DNA of 44,747 nucleotides from Escherichia phage TR3, in the sequence record PP069512; one strand, given 5' to 3'. Made by a program: the position numbers and the translations under genes. The notes below the pieces were generated by a model that was not told where the DNA came from, did not search any database, and saw only the letters and a list, made by a program, of their open reading frames with translations. Below are positions 1-9,013 of this stretch, one piece after another (the first letter of the stretch is position 1; every line of letters starts with the position of its first letter).

Positions 1-1
1 A

Positions 2-322
2 GCTTCCGCTCGCCGTGTAATGCAGCGCCTTGTTGATAATACAACCCTGAGCTATGGCGAGTTGTTTACTCGTAACAACCCAGGTGTAACCCTGCGCTTT
101 ATGCAGGTCCTGGATAACTACGATGGTGCTGGCGGTAAAGCTGCGCTGGCGTTTGAAAAGGATCCGCTCAACATGAGCATCGAGATTCCGGAAGTTACAA
201 ACGTTTTACCTGGTCAGCCTCGTGATCTTCACTTCCGCTTCCCTGTAACCTCTAAGGCGACAGGTTTGATTTTATATCGCCCTCTTACAGTGGCAGCTAT
301 CAAAGGAATTACCTTTGCCTAA
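2..322 (+). CDS. major capsid protein, C-terminal segment (5' part lies at 44125..44747 if the genome is circular)
   Basis: Frame open from base 2 to TAA 320-322; leftover nt at window end (2) plus base 1 make one codon, so it joins in frame with the ORF starting at 44125; followed by a hairpin terminator. Confidence 0.55.
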   Translation, partial: ASARRVMQRLVDNTTLSYGELFTRNNPGVTLRFMQVLDNYDGAGGKAALAFEKDPLNMSIEIPEVTNVLPGQPRDLHFRFPVTSKATGLILYRPLTVAAIKGITFA

Positions 323-342
323 TAGCACTAAATGACAAAACA

Positions 343-368
343 ATACCACCGAAAGGTGGTATTTTTGT
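343..368 (+). terminator. intrinsic terminator after capsid gene
   Basis: Hairpin ATACCACC-GAAA-GGTGGTAT followed by TTTTTG. Confidence 0.6.
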
Positions 369-393
369 TTCCATCAAAACAATGGAGGCGAAA

Positions 394-990
394 ATGAAAA
401 TTGAAGAACTACTAACTCACGAAGAGCTAACATCAAGACTTGAATCAGATTCTGAAAGTCCCGTTATGACATGGAAAGTAAAGCCGGGAAATGATAGGTT
501 TACAAATGTATGGAATTCAAGGTACGCCGGAAAGGTTGCTGGAGGTGAATTCACTCCAAACCCAACATGCCCAGAAAGTAAGATGTGGAAGCTATGTATT
601 AAAGTTTCCGGGAAGAAGTTTCACGTTTCAATGCATAAGTTAAAGTGGTTTTATCATCACAGGAGTTGGCCGACAGGTGAGATAGATCACATTGATGGTA
701 ACTCATTAAACAATAGGGTGGAAAACCTAAGGGTTGTTACTCGAAGTGAGAACATGATGAATACGAGCCTATACAAAAGGAACAAGAGTGGATTTAAAGG
801 TGTTAGCTACGATAAATCAAGGGTGAAGTGGAAAGCCCAGATACAAAAGGATTGCGGAGATGTAAGGATGGCTAAAAGGTTTGACACAATTGAAGAGGCT
901 AAGGAGTGTTACGACAGTTGGTGTAAAGAAATATTCGGCGAGTACGGAAACGCCAATGGGGTTCACGAAGGCGATTGTTTAGTGCTATAA
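394..990 (+). CDS. HNH homing endonuclease with AP2-like DNA-binding domain
   Basis: HNH motif HIDGNSLNNRVENLRVVTRSEN; AP2-like segment SGFKGVSYDKSRVKWKAQI; RBS GGAGG 5 nt before ATG 394 (track ORF starts at 382, no RBS). Confidence 0.85.
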   Translation: MKIEELLTHEELTSRLESDSESPVMTWKVKPGNDRFTNVWNSRYAGKVAGGEFTPNPTCPESKMWKLCIKVSGKKFHVSMHKLKWFYHHRSWPTGEIDHIDGNSLNNRVENLRVVTRSENMMNTSLYKRNKSGFKGVSYDKSRVKWKAQIQKDCGDVRMAKRFDTIEEAKECYDSWCKEIFGEYGNANGVHEGDCLVL

Positions 991-1020
991 TCAATCATCA
1001 ATTAATAAAAGGAGCAAGTA

Positions 1021-1266
1021 ATGATTAAGTTAGAACACACTGGCGCGTGCATGATTGTTTATAAAGGTGCTAAATACTTACCTGGCGACACAATTGAAGC
1101 AAGTGAGCTTTGTGATGGACTGAAACGCCTGATTGCTGAAGGTAAACTCACCATTGAAGGTGACTACAAGGCAACTAAAGAAGTGGCGCAAGAAATCAAC
1201 AGTCAGAAAAAACGCAAAGAACCAAAGACCATCTCTGAAGCCGAGACTGGCAACGAGTACAAATAA
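1021..1266 (+). CDS. hypothetical protein (81 aa)
   Basis: RBS AAGGAG before ATG; followed by terminator. Confidence 0.6.
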   Translation: MIKLEHTGACMIVYKGAKYLPGDTIEASELCDGLKRLIAEGKLTIEGDYKATKEVAQEINSQKKRKEPKTISEAETGNEYK

Positions 1267-1272
1267 CAAAAT

Positions 1273-1296
1273 GGGCGCTTCGGCGTCCGTTTTTGT
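1273..1296 (+). terminator. intrinsic terminator
   Basis: GGGCGC-TTCG-GCGTCC hairpin (one G-U pair) then TTTTTGT. Confidence 0.55.
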
Positions 1297-1307
1297 ATGG
1301 AGGTAAT

Positions 1308-1703
1308 ATGAACGAACAAGCATTAGCATTCATGAGGTCATTAGTTCCTGCCCTTAAGAATGTTTCTGATGAAACACTTGACGTATGGCTTGAGCTAGCC
1401 AAGCTTTACATCTGTACCAGTAAGTTTGGTGATGATGCTTACAAGGCACTGGCACTGTACACTATGCACATTGCCTTTCTTGATGGTGCACTTAAGCAGA
1501 ATGAGTCTTTGGATGATTACGGTAAGAAGGTGGCAAGTTACTCACTGAGTGGTGAGTTCTCTATCAGCTATGAATCAACGTCTCAATCACAATCAGCACT
1601 GACTTCCACCCCGTGGGGTCGTCTGTACTGGAACCTTCTGCGTAAGAAAGGTGGTGGCTTTGGATTGGTTACGTCCGGTGGGCGTGGGTGCGGTTGCCGA
1701 TGA
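1308..1703 (+). CDS. putative head-tail connector protein
   Basis: ATG 1308 with RBS GGAGG (track start 1293 lacks RBS); first of four translationally coupled genes between capsid and major tail protein. Confidence 0.55.
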   Translation: MNEQALAFMRSLVPALKNVSDETLDVWLELAKLYICTSKFGDDAYKALALYTMHIAFLDGALKQNESLDDYGKKVASYSLSGEFSISYESTSQSQSALTSTPWGRLYWNLLRKKGGGFGLVTSGGRGCGCR

Positions 1704-2071
1704 ATTACTCTCAAATCGAATCATTAATGCGAACGGGAATCAATATCTTTAGTGATGGCGATGGTACGTTTACCATGGAAACTGGTAAAGGTGGGGTGGA
1801 GATTGTCGATGGTGTCGAGGTTCCTGTATCTGGCGGCACTGCATTAATCAAGGGGCTGGTGAGGGAGATTAAAACCAGAGATATTGATGGTGAGTATATT
1901 CAGTTTGGCGATAAGCGTGGAATCTTCACTTCCGAAGTCCCAATCTTACAGGGCTACAGGATTATTGTGGACGATGAAACTTACACTGTAGTCGACCCGA
2001 GACCAGTGAAACCAACAGGTACTGTAGTCGCATACAGGCCAATTCTGAGGAGGATTGCTGCTTATGGCTAA
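1700..2071 (+). CDS. putative head-tail joining protein
   Basis: ATG 1700 overlaps upstream stop (ATGA); track start at 1688 is GTG. Confidence 0.55.
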   Translation: MNYSQIESLMRTGINIFSDGDGTFTMETGKGGVEIVDGVEVPVSGGTALIKGLVREIKTRDIDGEYIQFGDKRGIFTSEVPILQGYRIIVDDETYTVVDPRPVKPTGTVVAYRPILRRIAAYG

Positions 2072-2501
2072 TAATGTTGGTGGCTTAGCTACATTCACGA
2101 ACTCTATCAATGACTGGATTTCAAGAGCTGATGATGGTTTTTCTGAAATTGTTTCAGGCACTGTAATTAAAGCAGCTAACGCCATTGTTGATTTATCTCC
2201 TGTTGATACTGGTAGGTTTAAGGCTAACTGGCAGATTACAGCAAACTCACCAGCAGTACAGTCGTTAAATGATTACGACAAGACTGGCGGTGATACAAAA
2301 AGGTACCTTGCAAGACAAGCCAGAGCAGTAGCTAACTCACCAGCAACAAAGGTTATCTACATAACCAACAGGCTAGATTATGCGTCAGATCTTGAATACG
2401 GTGCATCGCAGCAAGCGCCAGCAGGTGTACTTGGTGTAGTTAATATCAGACTTGGTCGATACTTTGAGGAAGCCGTTGCTGAAGCGAGGAGTAAACGATA
2501 A
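2064..2501 (+). CDS. putative neck / tail completion protein
   Basis: ATG 2064 preceded by RBS GAGGAGG; overlaps upstream stop. Confidence 0.55.
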   Translation: MANNVGGLATFTNSINDWISRADDGFSEIVSGTVIKAANAIVDLSPVDTGRFKANWQITANSPAVQSLNDYDKTGGDTKRYLARQARAVANSPATKVIYITNRLDYASDLEYGASQQAPAGVLGVVNIRLGRYFEEAVAEARSKR

Positions 2502-2899
2502 TGCAGTATGAGCTATCTTTAGCATCAAGGAGGTTTGTGACTGATTTGGTTAAAACGTTTCCAGTCAGGTATCCAATCTCCTACGAAAACGTAGCATTCT
2601 CTCCTCCAAGTAATGGCGGTATGTGGCTGAAGTACGACTACACTGAGGCCGATACCGTAACCTATAGCTTGAGTCGCAAGTGCAAATACTATGTCGGCAT
2701 GGTTCAGGTCTCTGTATTTTTCTCACCAGGTGATGGTGTTGATAGCGCAAGGAGGTTGGCGAATCAATTGGCAGAATCAATGCTTGATGGTACAATGCTT
2801 GACACAGGCTACATTTATGAGGGCGGAGTAGTTCACCCGGTAGTGAAGTCAAAATCTGGCTGGTTTATTCCAGTTCGTTTCTATGTTCGTCTTGACTAA
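2501..2899 (+). CDS. putative tail terminator / completion protein
   Basis: TAATG overlap with upstream gene; lies immediately before major tail protein gene. Confidence 0.55.
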   Translation: MQYELSLASRRFVTDLVKTFPVRYPISYENVAFSPPSNGGMWLKYDYTEADTVTYSLSRKCKYYVGMVQVSVFFSPGDGVDSARRLANQLAESMLDGTMLDTGYIYEGGVVHPVVKSKSGWFIPVRFYVRLD

Positions 2900-2910
2900 A
2901 AGGAAAATAT

Positions 2911-3570
2911 ATGGCCCATCTCAGCAATGGCACCCAGGTCTTCGTAGAGGGCACTAGGGGTAATACTATCGACGTAACAGCAATTACCAATGCTGTTGCT
3001 CCTGTTTTAACTTTGTCCGACGCCACAGGTATTGCGCGCGGGGATTACCTGCTGTTCACCAGCTCAGCTTCAACACTTCTGGCTGATAAGCAAGTTCGTG
3101 TCACTGCGGTATCTGGTTCGGACGTAACTGTTGAAGGTATTGATACCTCCAACAACACTAAGTTTCCAGCCGGTTTAACTGGTGAAGTAGTTAAGATTCT
3201 TAGCTGGTTTGAAGTTCCTTGTGTTCAGGATGTATCCACTGACGGCGGCGAACAGCAGTTCGTTAACTTCCAGTGTTTATCTGATGACCGCGAGCAAAAG
3301 ATTCCAACCTATAAGTCTGCGGTAACTAACACCTACACGTTCGCGCACGAATACACCAACCCGGTATATCCGATTCTGCGTAACTATGATGAGTCTGGTC
3401 AGGTTGTTGCTATCCGTCTGTTCGTGCCTCGCGCTAGTGAGATGCGACTTCAGTCTGGCACTATCTCTTTCAACGACACCCCGAGCATTGGTGTTAACGA
3501 AATCGAAACGGTATCCATCGCGGTATCCATCCGTGGTAGGCTGAGTTCTGTGGCTTCTGAGCTAGTATAA
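2911..3570 (+). CDS. major tail protein
   Basis: 219 aa; position between neck genes and tail chaperone; RBS AAGGA; followed by strong terminator. Confidence 0.7.
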   Translation: MAHLSNGTQVFVEGTRGNTIDVTAITNAVAPVLTLSDATGIARGDYLLFTSSASTLLADKQVRVTAVSGSDVTVEGIDTSNNTKFPAGLTGEVVKILSWFEVPCVQDVSTDGGEQQFVNFQCLSDDREQKIPTYKSAVTNTYTFAHEYTNPVYPILRNYDESGQVVAIRLFVPRASEMRLQSGTISFNDTPSIGVNEIETVSIAVSIRGRLSSVASELV

Positions 3571-3575
3571 AATTA

Positions 3576-3597
3576 ACCCTCTTCGGAGGGTTTTTTA
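3576..3597 (+). terminator. intrinsic terminator after major tail gene
   Basis: CCCTC-TTCG-GAGGG hairpin then TTTTTTATT. Confidence 0.7.
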
Positions 3598-3600
3598 TTG

Positions 3601-3644
3601 ATAGCACTTTTTGTTAAAGACGTGTGGCAGGGATTTGCTATTAT
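3601..3644 (+). promoter_or_regulatory. phage promoter box (ATAGCACTTT-TTGTTA, 22-bp spacer, TATTAT)
   Basis: Box at 3601-3616; -10-like TATTAT at 3639-3644; member of repeated motif family. Confidence 0.5.
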
Positions 3645-3683
3645 TACTTTATCGAAACGAGATGGATTATAGAGGTAAGCAAA

Positions 3684-3824
3684 ATGATTTTAATTGGTAT
3701 GCTGACCGCTTTTTTCTATTATGCTACAGGTCTAACCTTTTGGGTATCATTAGGTGCAGCCATAGGCACTTACTTCGTATCTGCTGTGCTTGCTTTAATT
3801 GTGATAGCGCTGCGTAATCGCTAA
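3684..3824 (+). CDS. small membrane protein (46 aa, two hydrophobic segments)
   Basis: ATG 3684 with RBS GAGGT 8 nt upstream; hydrophobic composition; track ORF 3624 has no RBS. Confidence 0.45.
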   Translation: MILIGMLTAFFYYATGLTFWVSLGAAIGTYFVSAVLALIVIALRNR

Positions 3825-3842
3825 AACGAGAGAGAAAACAAA

Positions 3843-4091
3843 ATGAACAACGTTAAAAATATCATCAAACTTACTGCTGCTCTTGGTGCTTTCTACCTGG
3901 CAATTCAGATTGTCAACCCAACTGGTGGCGCAACCGCAAACTCTGATGCAATAAAGTATGAACATGAATTTAATAGTGCATATTCGCATTGTGAAAAAGT
4001 AGCTGGCGATAAGACAAACCAGATTCTGCACTATGGTCGCGAAGTGTGCACCGAAGTTGCTCACAACATTGTAAAAAACGAATCAAAGTAA
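3843..4091 (+). CDS. small protein with N-terminal signal-peptide-like segment (82 aa)
   Basis: Hydrophobic N-terminus LTAALGAFYLAIQIV; two Cys; sits in an insertion between major tail and chaperone genes. Confidence 0.5.
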   Translation: MNNVKNIIKLTAALGAFYLAIQIVNPTGGATANSDAIKYEHEFNSAYSHCEKVAGDKTNQILHYGREVCTEVAHNIVKNESK

Positions 4092-4126
4092 TATAATCAT
4101 TCAACATAAACAAAGGAGATAACGAG

Positions 4127-4441
4127 ATGGCAAAATTCAAACTTTCACTTAAGGCGCTTCCTGACTTTAAACTTCCAGTTAAGTTTCAGCTTGCGAATGG
4201 AGAGGACGCAGAAGTAGTCTTAACAGTTAAGCACAAGAAATCATCTGAGTTACAGGAGATTCTTAATCGTGAAAACTTCAGCACTAAGGAATTGATTAGC
4301 GAAATCTGCTCTGACTGGGATTTAGAAGAACCATTTAACGATGAGAACGTCGATGAGTTTGCAAACCTTTTCCCTGGTGCAGTTCCATCGCTAATGGATA
4401 GCTACATGAAAGCACTTGCAGGGCAGCGAGTAAAAAACTAA
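4127..4441 (+). CDS. tail assembly chaperone (lambda gpG-like)
   Basis: Acidic 104-aa protein between major tail and tape measure genes; RBS AAGGAG; slippery site at its 3' end. Confidence 0.7.
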   Translation: MAKFKLSLKALPDFKLPVKFQLANGEDAEVVLTVKHKKSSELQEILNRENFSTKELISEICSDWDLEEPFNDENVDEFANLFPGAVPSLMDSYMKALAGQRVKN

Positions 4442-4755
4442 AACGCGCAGTATACTTACAATACCAGTCACCGCCAACGGATGCCGAACTCGAAGCTATC
4501 GGAATGAAACGTTCCGATTATGAAGGTGAGGAGCCTGAAGAGTTACACTTCGATGAAACAATGATGCAAAGCTGGGATGTGTACTGTGCTATGTCGACAC
4601 AATGGCGAGTAGGTGCTTGCGGTGCCACAGGCCTTGATTATAATTGCCTTCCATTCTTGTTCAAAGTCTATAAAATAGATGATGAAGAAATGGTACTTAA
4701 CGATATCAGAATACTTGAGGCTAAAGCCTTAGATATGATGAACGCCAAGAAATAG
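4127..4755 (+). CDS. tail assembly chaperone G-T fusion via programmed -1 frameshift (4127..4437 joined to 4438..4755)
   Basis: Heptamer A_AAA_AAC at 4432-4438 in the G frame; -1 frame open 4402..4755 with no RBS for ATG 4504. Confidence 0.6.
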
Positions 4756-4778
4756 CCATCCTTCGGGGTGGCTTTTTT
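4755..4778 (+). terminator. intrinsic terminator / attenuator before tape measure gene
   Basis: GCCATCC-TTCG-GGGTGGC hairpin then TTTTTTATT, abutting the tape measure RBS. Confidence 0.5.
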
Positions 4779-4792
4779 ATTATGGAGACAAT

Positions 4793-7765
4793 ATGGCAAC
4801 TAACGAAATTGCTGGTATCACGCTAGCCGTCGACGTCGCTCAGGTCGATAAGGGTACGCAATCATTACAGAAATTCAGGCAAGCAAACGAGCAAGCTGCA
4901 ACGGGAATCAATAGCTTCATCAACGCCGAGCTTGTAGCCAAGACTCAAGCAAGGGACACTGCAAGGCAGCTTGAGGAACAGCGCAAATCTTTCGCATCAC
5001 TTCAGAAAGCCATAGACCCAACTGCCGCTAAATTCCAGAAGTTGCAGAAGGCAGCAACTGAATTAGACAAAGCATTTGAATCTGGGATAGTTCCTGATGA
5101 AGAATTCTTCAGGCTTGGCTCTGTTATTGAAACTCAAATCAATAAGCTCAACAGGTCTAAAGCTGCTCTTAGCGAGGAAGGTCGGGCTGCACTCCAGGCA
5201 TCAATAGACAAAGAAAAGGCAACAGCAGCGGCGCAAAAGTTCATTCAATCTCTTGAGAACGAGGCGAATGCAGCAAGCCTTACAAGGACTGAACTGCTTC
5301 AGCTTAAGGCTGCTCAGCTAGGGGTTAGTGACCAAGCTGCGCCTATTATCGACAGGATTGGTAAGGCTGCCGAGGCATCTGCTATTCAGTTGCAGAAGCA
5401 GAGTTCCGCTTTTCTTAAGTCAGGTTTAAGCGCCGGTCAGTACAAGCAAGCGATTCGCCAGCTACCCGCTCAGATTACAGATATCGGAACTTCCCTTGCT
5501 AGCGGCATGCCAGTCTGGCTTGTTGCAATCCAACAGGGTGGGCAGATTAAGGATAGTTTTGGCGGTATTGGAAATACAGCAAGGTTTGCACTGGCAGCCA
5601 TTAACCCATTAACAGCAGTTGTTGGGACTCTAGGCCTGGCTCTTGGCGCTTTGGGTGTTGCGGCTTATCAGGCCGATAAGAATGCTCGAGGACTAGCATC
5701 TACGATAACGTTGGTTGGCAACTCAACTATCACGTCTACAGCGCAGATAAATCAGGTTGTTGATGGAATTGAGAGATCAACACTAGCTACTCGCGGACTT
5801 ATTCAGGAAATAGCCAATAGCCTTGTGGCAAACGGAAACCTAACTCTTACGCAGATAGACAAGATAACTAAGGCAACAGCGCAGTGGGCGGCAGTAACAT
5901 CAACCGATTCAAAGACCATTCTCGGGTACTTTGACCAAATTACAAAAGACCCTGTTAAAGGCCTTGCTGAGCTTGATAAGCAATTTAACTTCCTTCAAAG
6001 TGGGCAGTTAAAACACATAGAGAACTTAAGGAAGACAGCGGGAGAGACTGAGGCTGTAACAGCAGCTACTGAGTTATTTGCTAACGTTATGGAAAACAGG
6101 CTAGAAGATGTTGCACTAAGCCTCAATCCGCTAGAAAGTGCATGGAATAGCTTCAGGAAGTTTGTAAGTAATATTTGGGATGATATCGGCAAAAGGACAC
6201 TTGGTGCTCTTAACTTAATAACTGACGTTGTTGCTGGGACGATTGAGCAGATAAGGTCGTTCATAAACTCAGGCGACATTCTTCTTGGTGAATTTGCTAT
6301 CGCTGCAACCAAGACGCTTCAGTCAATCCCGGGACTTGGCGATTTAGGCAATGAAGCAATCGCTGAGCAGCAAAAGATTGTCGATGCTGCCAAGAAGCAA
6401 AACATTGAGTTAGCTAAAAGCATAGCTGAGCGAGACGCGAGAATCAGGAAGGGTGAGCTTGGTTATGTCGAGAGCAACAATAACACTAACCTGAGCGGGA
6501 ATAATGCATCAACAGATAAGGAGTTCGGAGCAAGGAAGAAAGCGCTAGCAGACGAGCTTGATGCAATAAAGAAATCGAGGAGCGAGAGGAATAAGGCAGT
6601 AAAAGAAGAAATGGATTTAACTTTATCTTATGAATCTGGTGTTCTTGCACTTCAGGCTCAGTTAAAGGCTTTGCAAGAGCATAGGACGATAAATGATGTA
6701 ATAAGTAACGAACGAAAGCAGCTATTCCAGGAAGAAGCTAAGTTTGCAATACTTGAACAAAGATATGCTGATGGTAGCCTGACTAAGTCTCAAGCCAAAC
6801 TGCTAGCGCAGAAGGATATCATTCTTGAGCAAGCTAAACAGAAGGCTGAACTTGGTGACCGAATCGTTCTTCAGGAGCGGTCAAACAAGTTACTTGATGA
6901 CAACCTTAAGAAGACAATACAGATTACCAATGAGGCGAAGAATGTTTCACTTGCTGCTGGTCTATCCGAAAGGGAGCGGCAAAGGGCAAGAGAACTTCAG
7001 GCGCTAGAGTCCAATCAGTTAAACAAAGGTGGATCTGTAGATGATGTTGATTTCCAGAATCTGCTGGAAGCAAGAAAAGAATACTACAGGCAGGAAGATA
7101 ACCTAAGGTCAGACTGGCAAGCTGGTGTAACTTCAACGCTTGCTGACTTAACTGAGAAGTACACTGACTTCAACCAAATTGCTAAGGATTTGACTGTCGC
7201 AGCTTTTGATGGAATTACCGACCAGATTACAAACCTTGTAACCACTGGTGAGACTAATTTCAGGGAGTTCACGGTAAGCATCCTCAAAATGATTGCGAAG
7301 ATTGCGACACAGCTTCTGATTGTTAAGGCTATTGAGTCAAGTTTGAGTAGCTTTGGTGGCACTGGCGGCGCAATTGGTTCAATTGGTAGTGCGCTTGGAT
7401 TTGCTGGCGGCGGCTACACTGGTGACGGTGGGAAGTATCAACCTGCTGGAACGGTGCACAAAGGTGAATTTGTTTTCACCAAAGAAGCAACCAACAGGAT
7501 TGGCGTTAAGAACCTGTACAAGCTGATGCGAGGTTATGCCAATGGTGGCGCTGTTGGTGGGCCTTCTGGCTATGCTAATGGTGGAGTTGTTGGCGGTACA
7601 AATGTTAATGTAAGCGGAATCACTGTTAACGTGAATTCTGGAATCGGTGGCGGTAATGATGCTAAGGCGATAGAATCTGGAGTCAAGGTTATCGTGGCTG
7701 AGGAAATCAGCAAGTCATTCCAGCAGGGTGGCAGGGCCTTTGCTTTCTTGCGAGGTTATAATTAA
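4793..7765 (+). CDS. tail tape measure protein
   Basis: 990 aa, Ala/Gln/Lys-rich coiled-coil character, Gly-rich C-terminus, position after G/GT chaperone. Confidence 0.9.
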   Translation: MATNEIAGITLAVDVAQVDKGTQSLQKFRQANEQAATGINSFINAELVAKTQARDTARQLEEQRKSFASLQKAIDPTAAKFQKLQKAATELDKAFESGIVPDEEFFRLGSVIETQINKLNRSKAALSEEGRAALQASIDKEKATAAAQKFIQSLENEANAASLTRTELLQLKAAQLGVSDQAAPIIDRIGKAAEASAIQLQKQSSAFLKSGLSAGQYKQAIRQLPAQITDIGTSLASGMPVWLVAIQQGGQIKDSFGGIGNTARFALAAINPLTAVVGTLGLALGALGVAAYQADKNARGLASTITLVGNSTITSTAQINQVVDGIERSTLATRGLIQEIANSLVANGNLTLTQIDKITKATAQWAAVTSTDSKTILGYFDQITKDPVKGLAELDKQFNFLQSGQLKHIENLRKTAGETEAVTAATELFANVMENRLEDVALSLNPLESAWNSFRKFVSNIWDDIGKRTLGALNLITDVVAGTIEQIRSFINSGDILLGEFAIAATKTLQSIPGLGDLGNEAIAEQQKIVDAAKKQNIELAKSIAERDARIRKGELGYVESNNNTNLSGNNASTDKEFGARKKALADELDAIKKSRSERNKAVKEEMDLTLSYESGVLALQAQLKALQEHRTINDVISNERKQLFQEEAKFAILEQRYADGSLTKSQAKLLAQKDIILEQAKQKAELGDRIVLQERSNKLLDDNLKKTIQITNEAKNVSLAAGLSERERQRARELQALESNQLNKGGSVDDVDFQNLLEARKEYYRQEDNLRSDWQAGVTSTLADLTEKYTDFNQIAKDLTVAAFDGITDQITNLVTTGETNFREFTVSILKMIAKIATQLLIVKAIESSLSSFGGTGGAIGSIGSALGFAGGGYTGDGGKYQPAGTVHKGEFVFTKEATNRIGVKNLYKLMRGYANGGAVGGPSGYANGGVVGGTNVNVSGITVNVNSGIGGGNDAKAIESGVKVIVAEEISKSFQQGGRAFAFLRGYN

Positions 7766-7796
7766 TTAATGTGGCTTCGGCCACTAAGGATTTTAA

Positions 7797-8147
7797 ATGG
7801 CATTGCAAACTTTTAACTGGTGCTTGAACGTTCTCAATGGCGGCTCTTCATTTACTAACGCCAACAATGTTAGGGTTGTCTCATTTGGGAATGGATTTCA
7901 GCAGCGTGGTACTGGAGGCTACAGAACGAATAAAAGGACGTATACGGTTAGCTACGTTGGTCGTGAGTGGGAAGCAGTAATGAACTTCTGCTTCGATCAC
8001 ATCGTAAAACCTTTCGCGTGGACTACGCCGCAGGGTGAGTTAAAACTGTTCGTTATTCAGCAGGATAGCATTAGCGTCTCGCCAAGCACGAAAGAAGTTC
8101 AGACTGTTAGTATGCAATTTACTGAAGTTTTCACCTCAATGAGTTAA
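7797..8147 (+). CDS. minor tail protein (lambda gpM-like)
   Basis: 116 aa directly after tape measure; RBS AAGGA; conserved lambda-like order M-L-K-I-J. Confidence 0.7.
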   Translation: MALQTFNWCLNVLNGGSSFTNANNVRVVSFGNGFQQRGTGGYRTNKRTYTVSYVGREWEAVMNFCFDHIVKPFAWTTPQGELKLFVIQQDSISVSPSTKEVQTVSMQFTEVFTSMS

Positions 8148-8151
8148 ACTA

Positions 8152-8174
8152 AGGCCCATAGAGGGCCTTTTTTA
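8152..8174 (+). terminator. intrinsic terminator / attenuator
   Basis: GGCCC-ATAGA-GGGCC hairpin then TTTTTTATTGGAG. Confidence 0.5.
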
Positions 8175-8185
8175 TTGGAGAGAGT

Positions 8186-8941
8186 ATGGCAAGTGTAAAG
8201 TTTGAAAACCAACTTCAATCACTTTTCCCTGGTGAAGTGGTTACGCTTATTGAGGTTGATGGCAGCAAGTTCGGCGCAAGGGTTTACAGGTTTCATGGGG
8301 AGAATATCTCATACACGCCTGAAGAAATCATGCAAGCCCAGGCATCTGGTCAGCCACTACCAGCCAAGACAATTACATTTCGTGGCGAAGAGTATGGAGC
8401 CAGACCTTTCGGCATTAGCGGCATCAACCTTACATCTGATGGAAAAGCAAACAAGCTCACGCTAACTTTATCAAACGTTGACCAGGCTGTTTCCTCGCTA
8501 ATCCGTCAGTACAATGGCATGGTTCAGGCGAAGGTAACAATCTGGGTTACTATCAGGGATAATATCAATGATGATGGCAGCATTGCAGATGGCGATTATC
8601 GTAAGATGGTTTACTTTATTGAGCGTCCAAAGCAGGTTGACTACAAGACTGCCTCTTTTGAGTTATCTAGCCCAATTGATATGGATGGTATCTATATTCC
8701 AGCGAGGCTAGTCCAGTCAGTATGTTACTTTGCTTCTCGTGGATGGTATCGCAGTGGCAACGGTTGCGATTATGCTGGGAATCGCTACTTCGACAAAGAC
8801 AATAATCCGGTTGATGACCCTGGGTTAGATTTTTGCGCCGGAACTGTTGATGCCTGTAAGTTGAGGTTTGGTGAAAACAACCAGCTATCATTTGGGGGGT
8901 GTGCCTCCGCAAGTTTACAAGCTAAGAATAATCAGAACTAA
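8186..8941 (+). CDS. minor tail protein (lambda gpL-like)
   Basis: 251 aa; C-terminal Cys cluster (C..C..C..C) as in Fe-S containing gpL; gene order. Confidence 0.75.
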   Translation: MASVKFENQLQSLFPGEVVTLIEVDGSKFGARVYRFHGENISYTPEEIMQAQASGQPLPAKTITFRGEEYGARPFGISGINLTSDGKANKLTLTLSNVDQAVSSLIRQYNGMVQAKVTIWVTIRDNINDDGSIADGDYRKMVYFIERPKQVDYKTASFELSSPIDMDGIYIPARLVQSVCYFASRGWYRSGNGCDYAGNRYFDKDNNPVDDPGLDFCAGTVDACKLRFGENNQLSFGGCASASLQAKNNQN

Positions 8942-8983
8942 TAGCATTTTTTGATAAATACAAACTGCCAGGGATGGTATATA
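8941..8983 (+). promoter_or_regulatory. phage promoter box, variant (ATAGCATTTT-TTGATA, about 21-bp spacer, TATATA)
   Basis: Box at 8941-8956 overlapping gpL stop; -10-like at 8978-8983. Confidence 0.4.
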
Positions 8984-9013
8984 GTTACTTTACACAAACG
9001 ATAGGATACAGAA

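Noticed and set aside
322-340. Degenerate promoter-box copy after the capsid gene (ATAGCACTAAATGACAAAA)
   Set aside because: One-nt insertion disrupts the TTGYTA element and no -10-like hexamer lies at the expected spacing; likely a relic.
5995-7362. Antisense ORFs inside the tape measure gene (5995..6312, 6924..7136, 7084..7362, minus strand)
   Set aside because: Embedded in a long, well-supported coding frame; no RBS; compositions typical of shadow frames.
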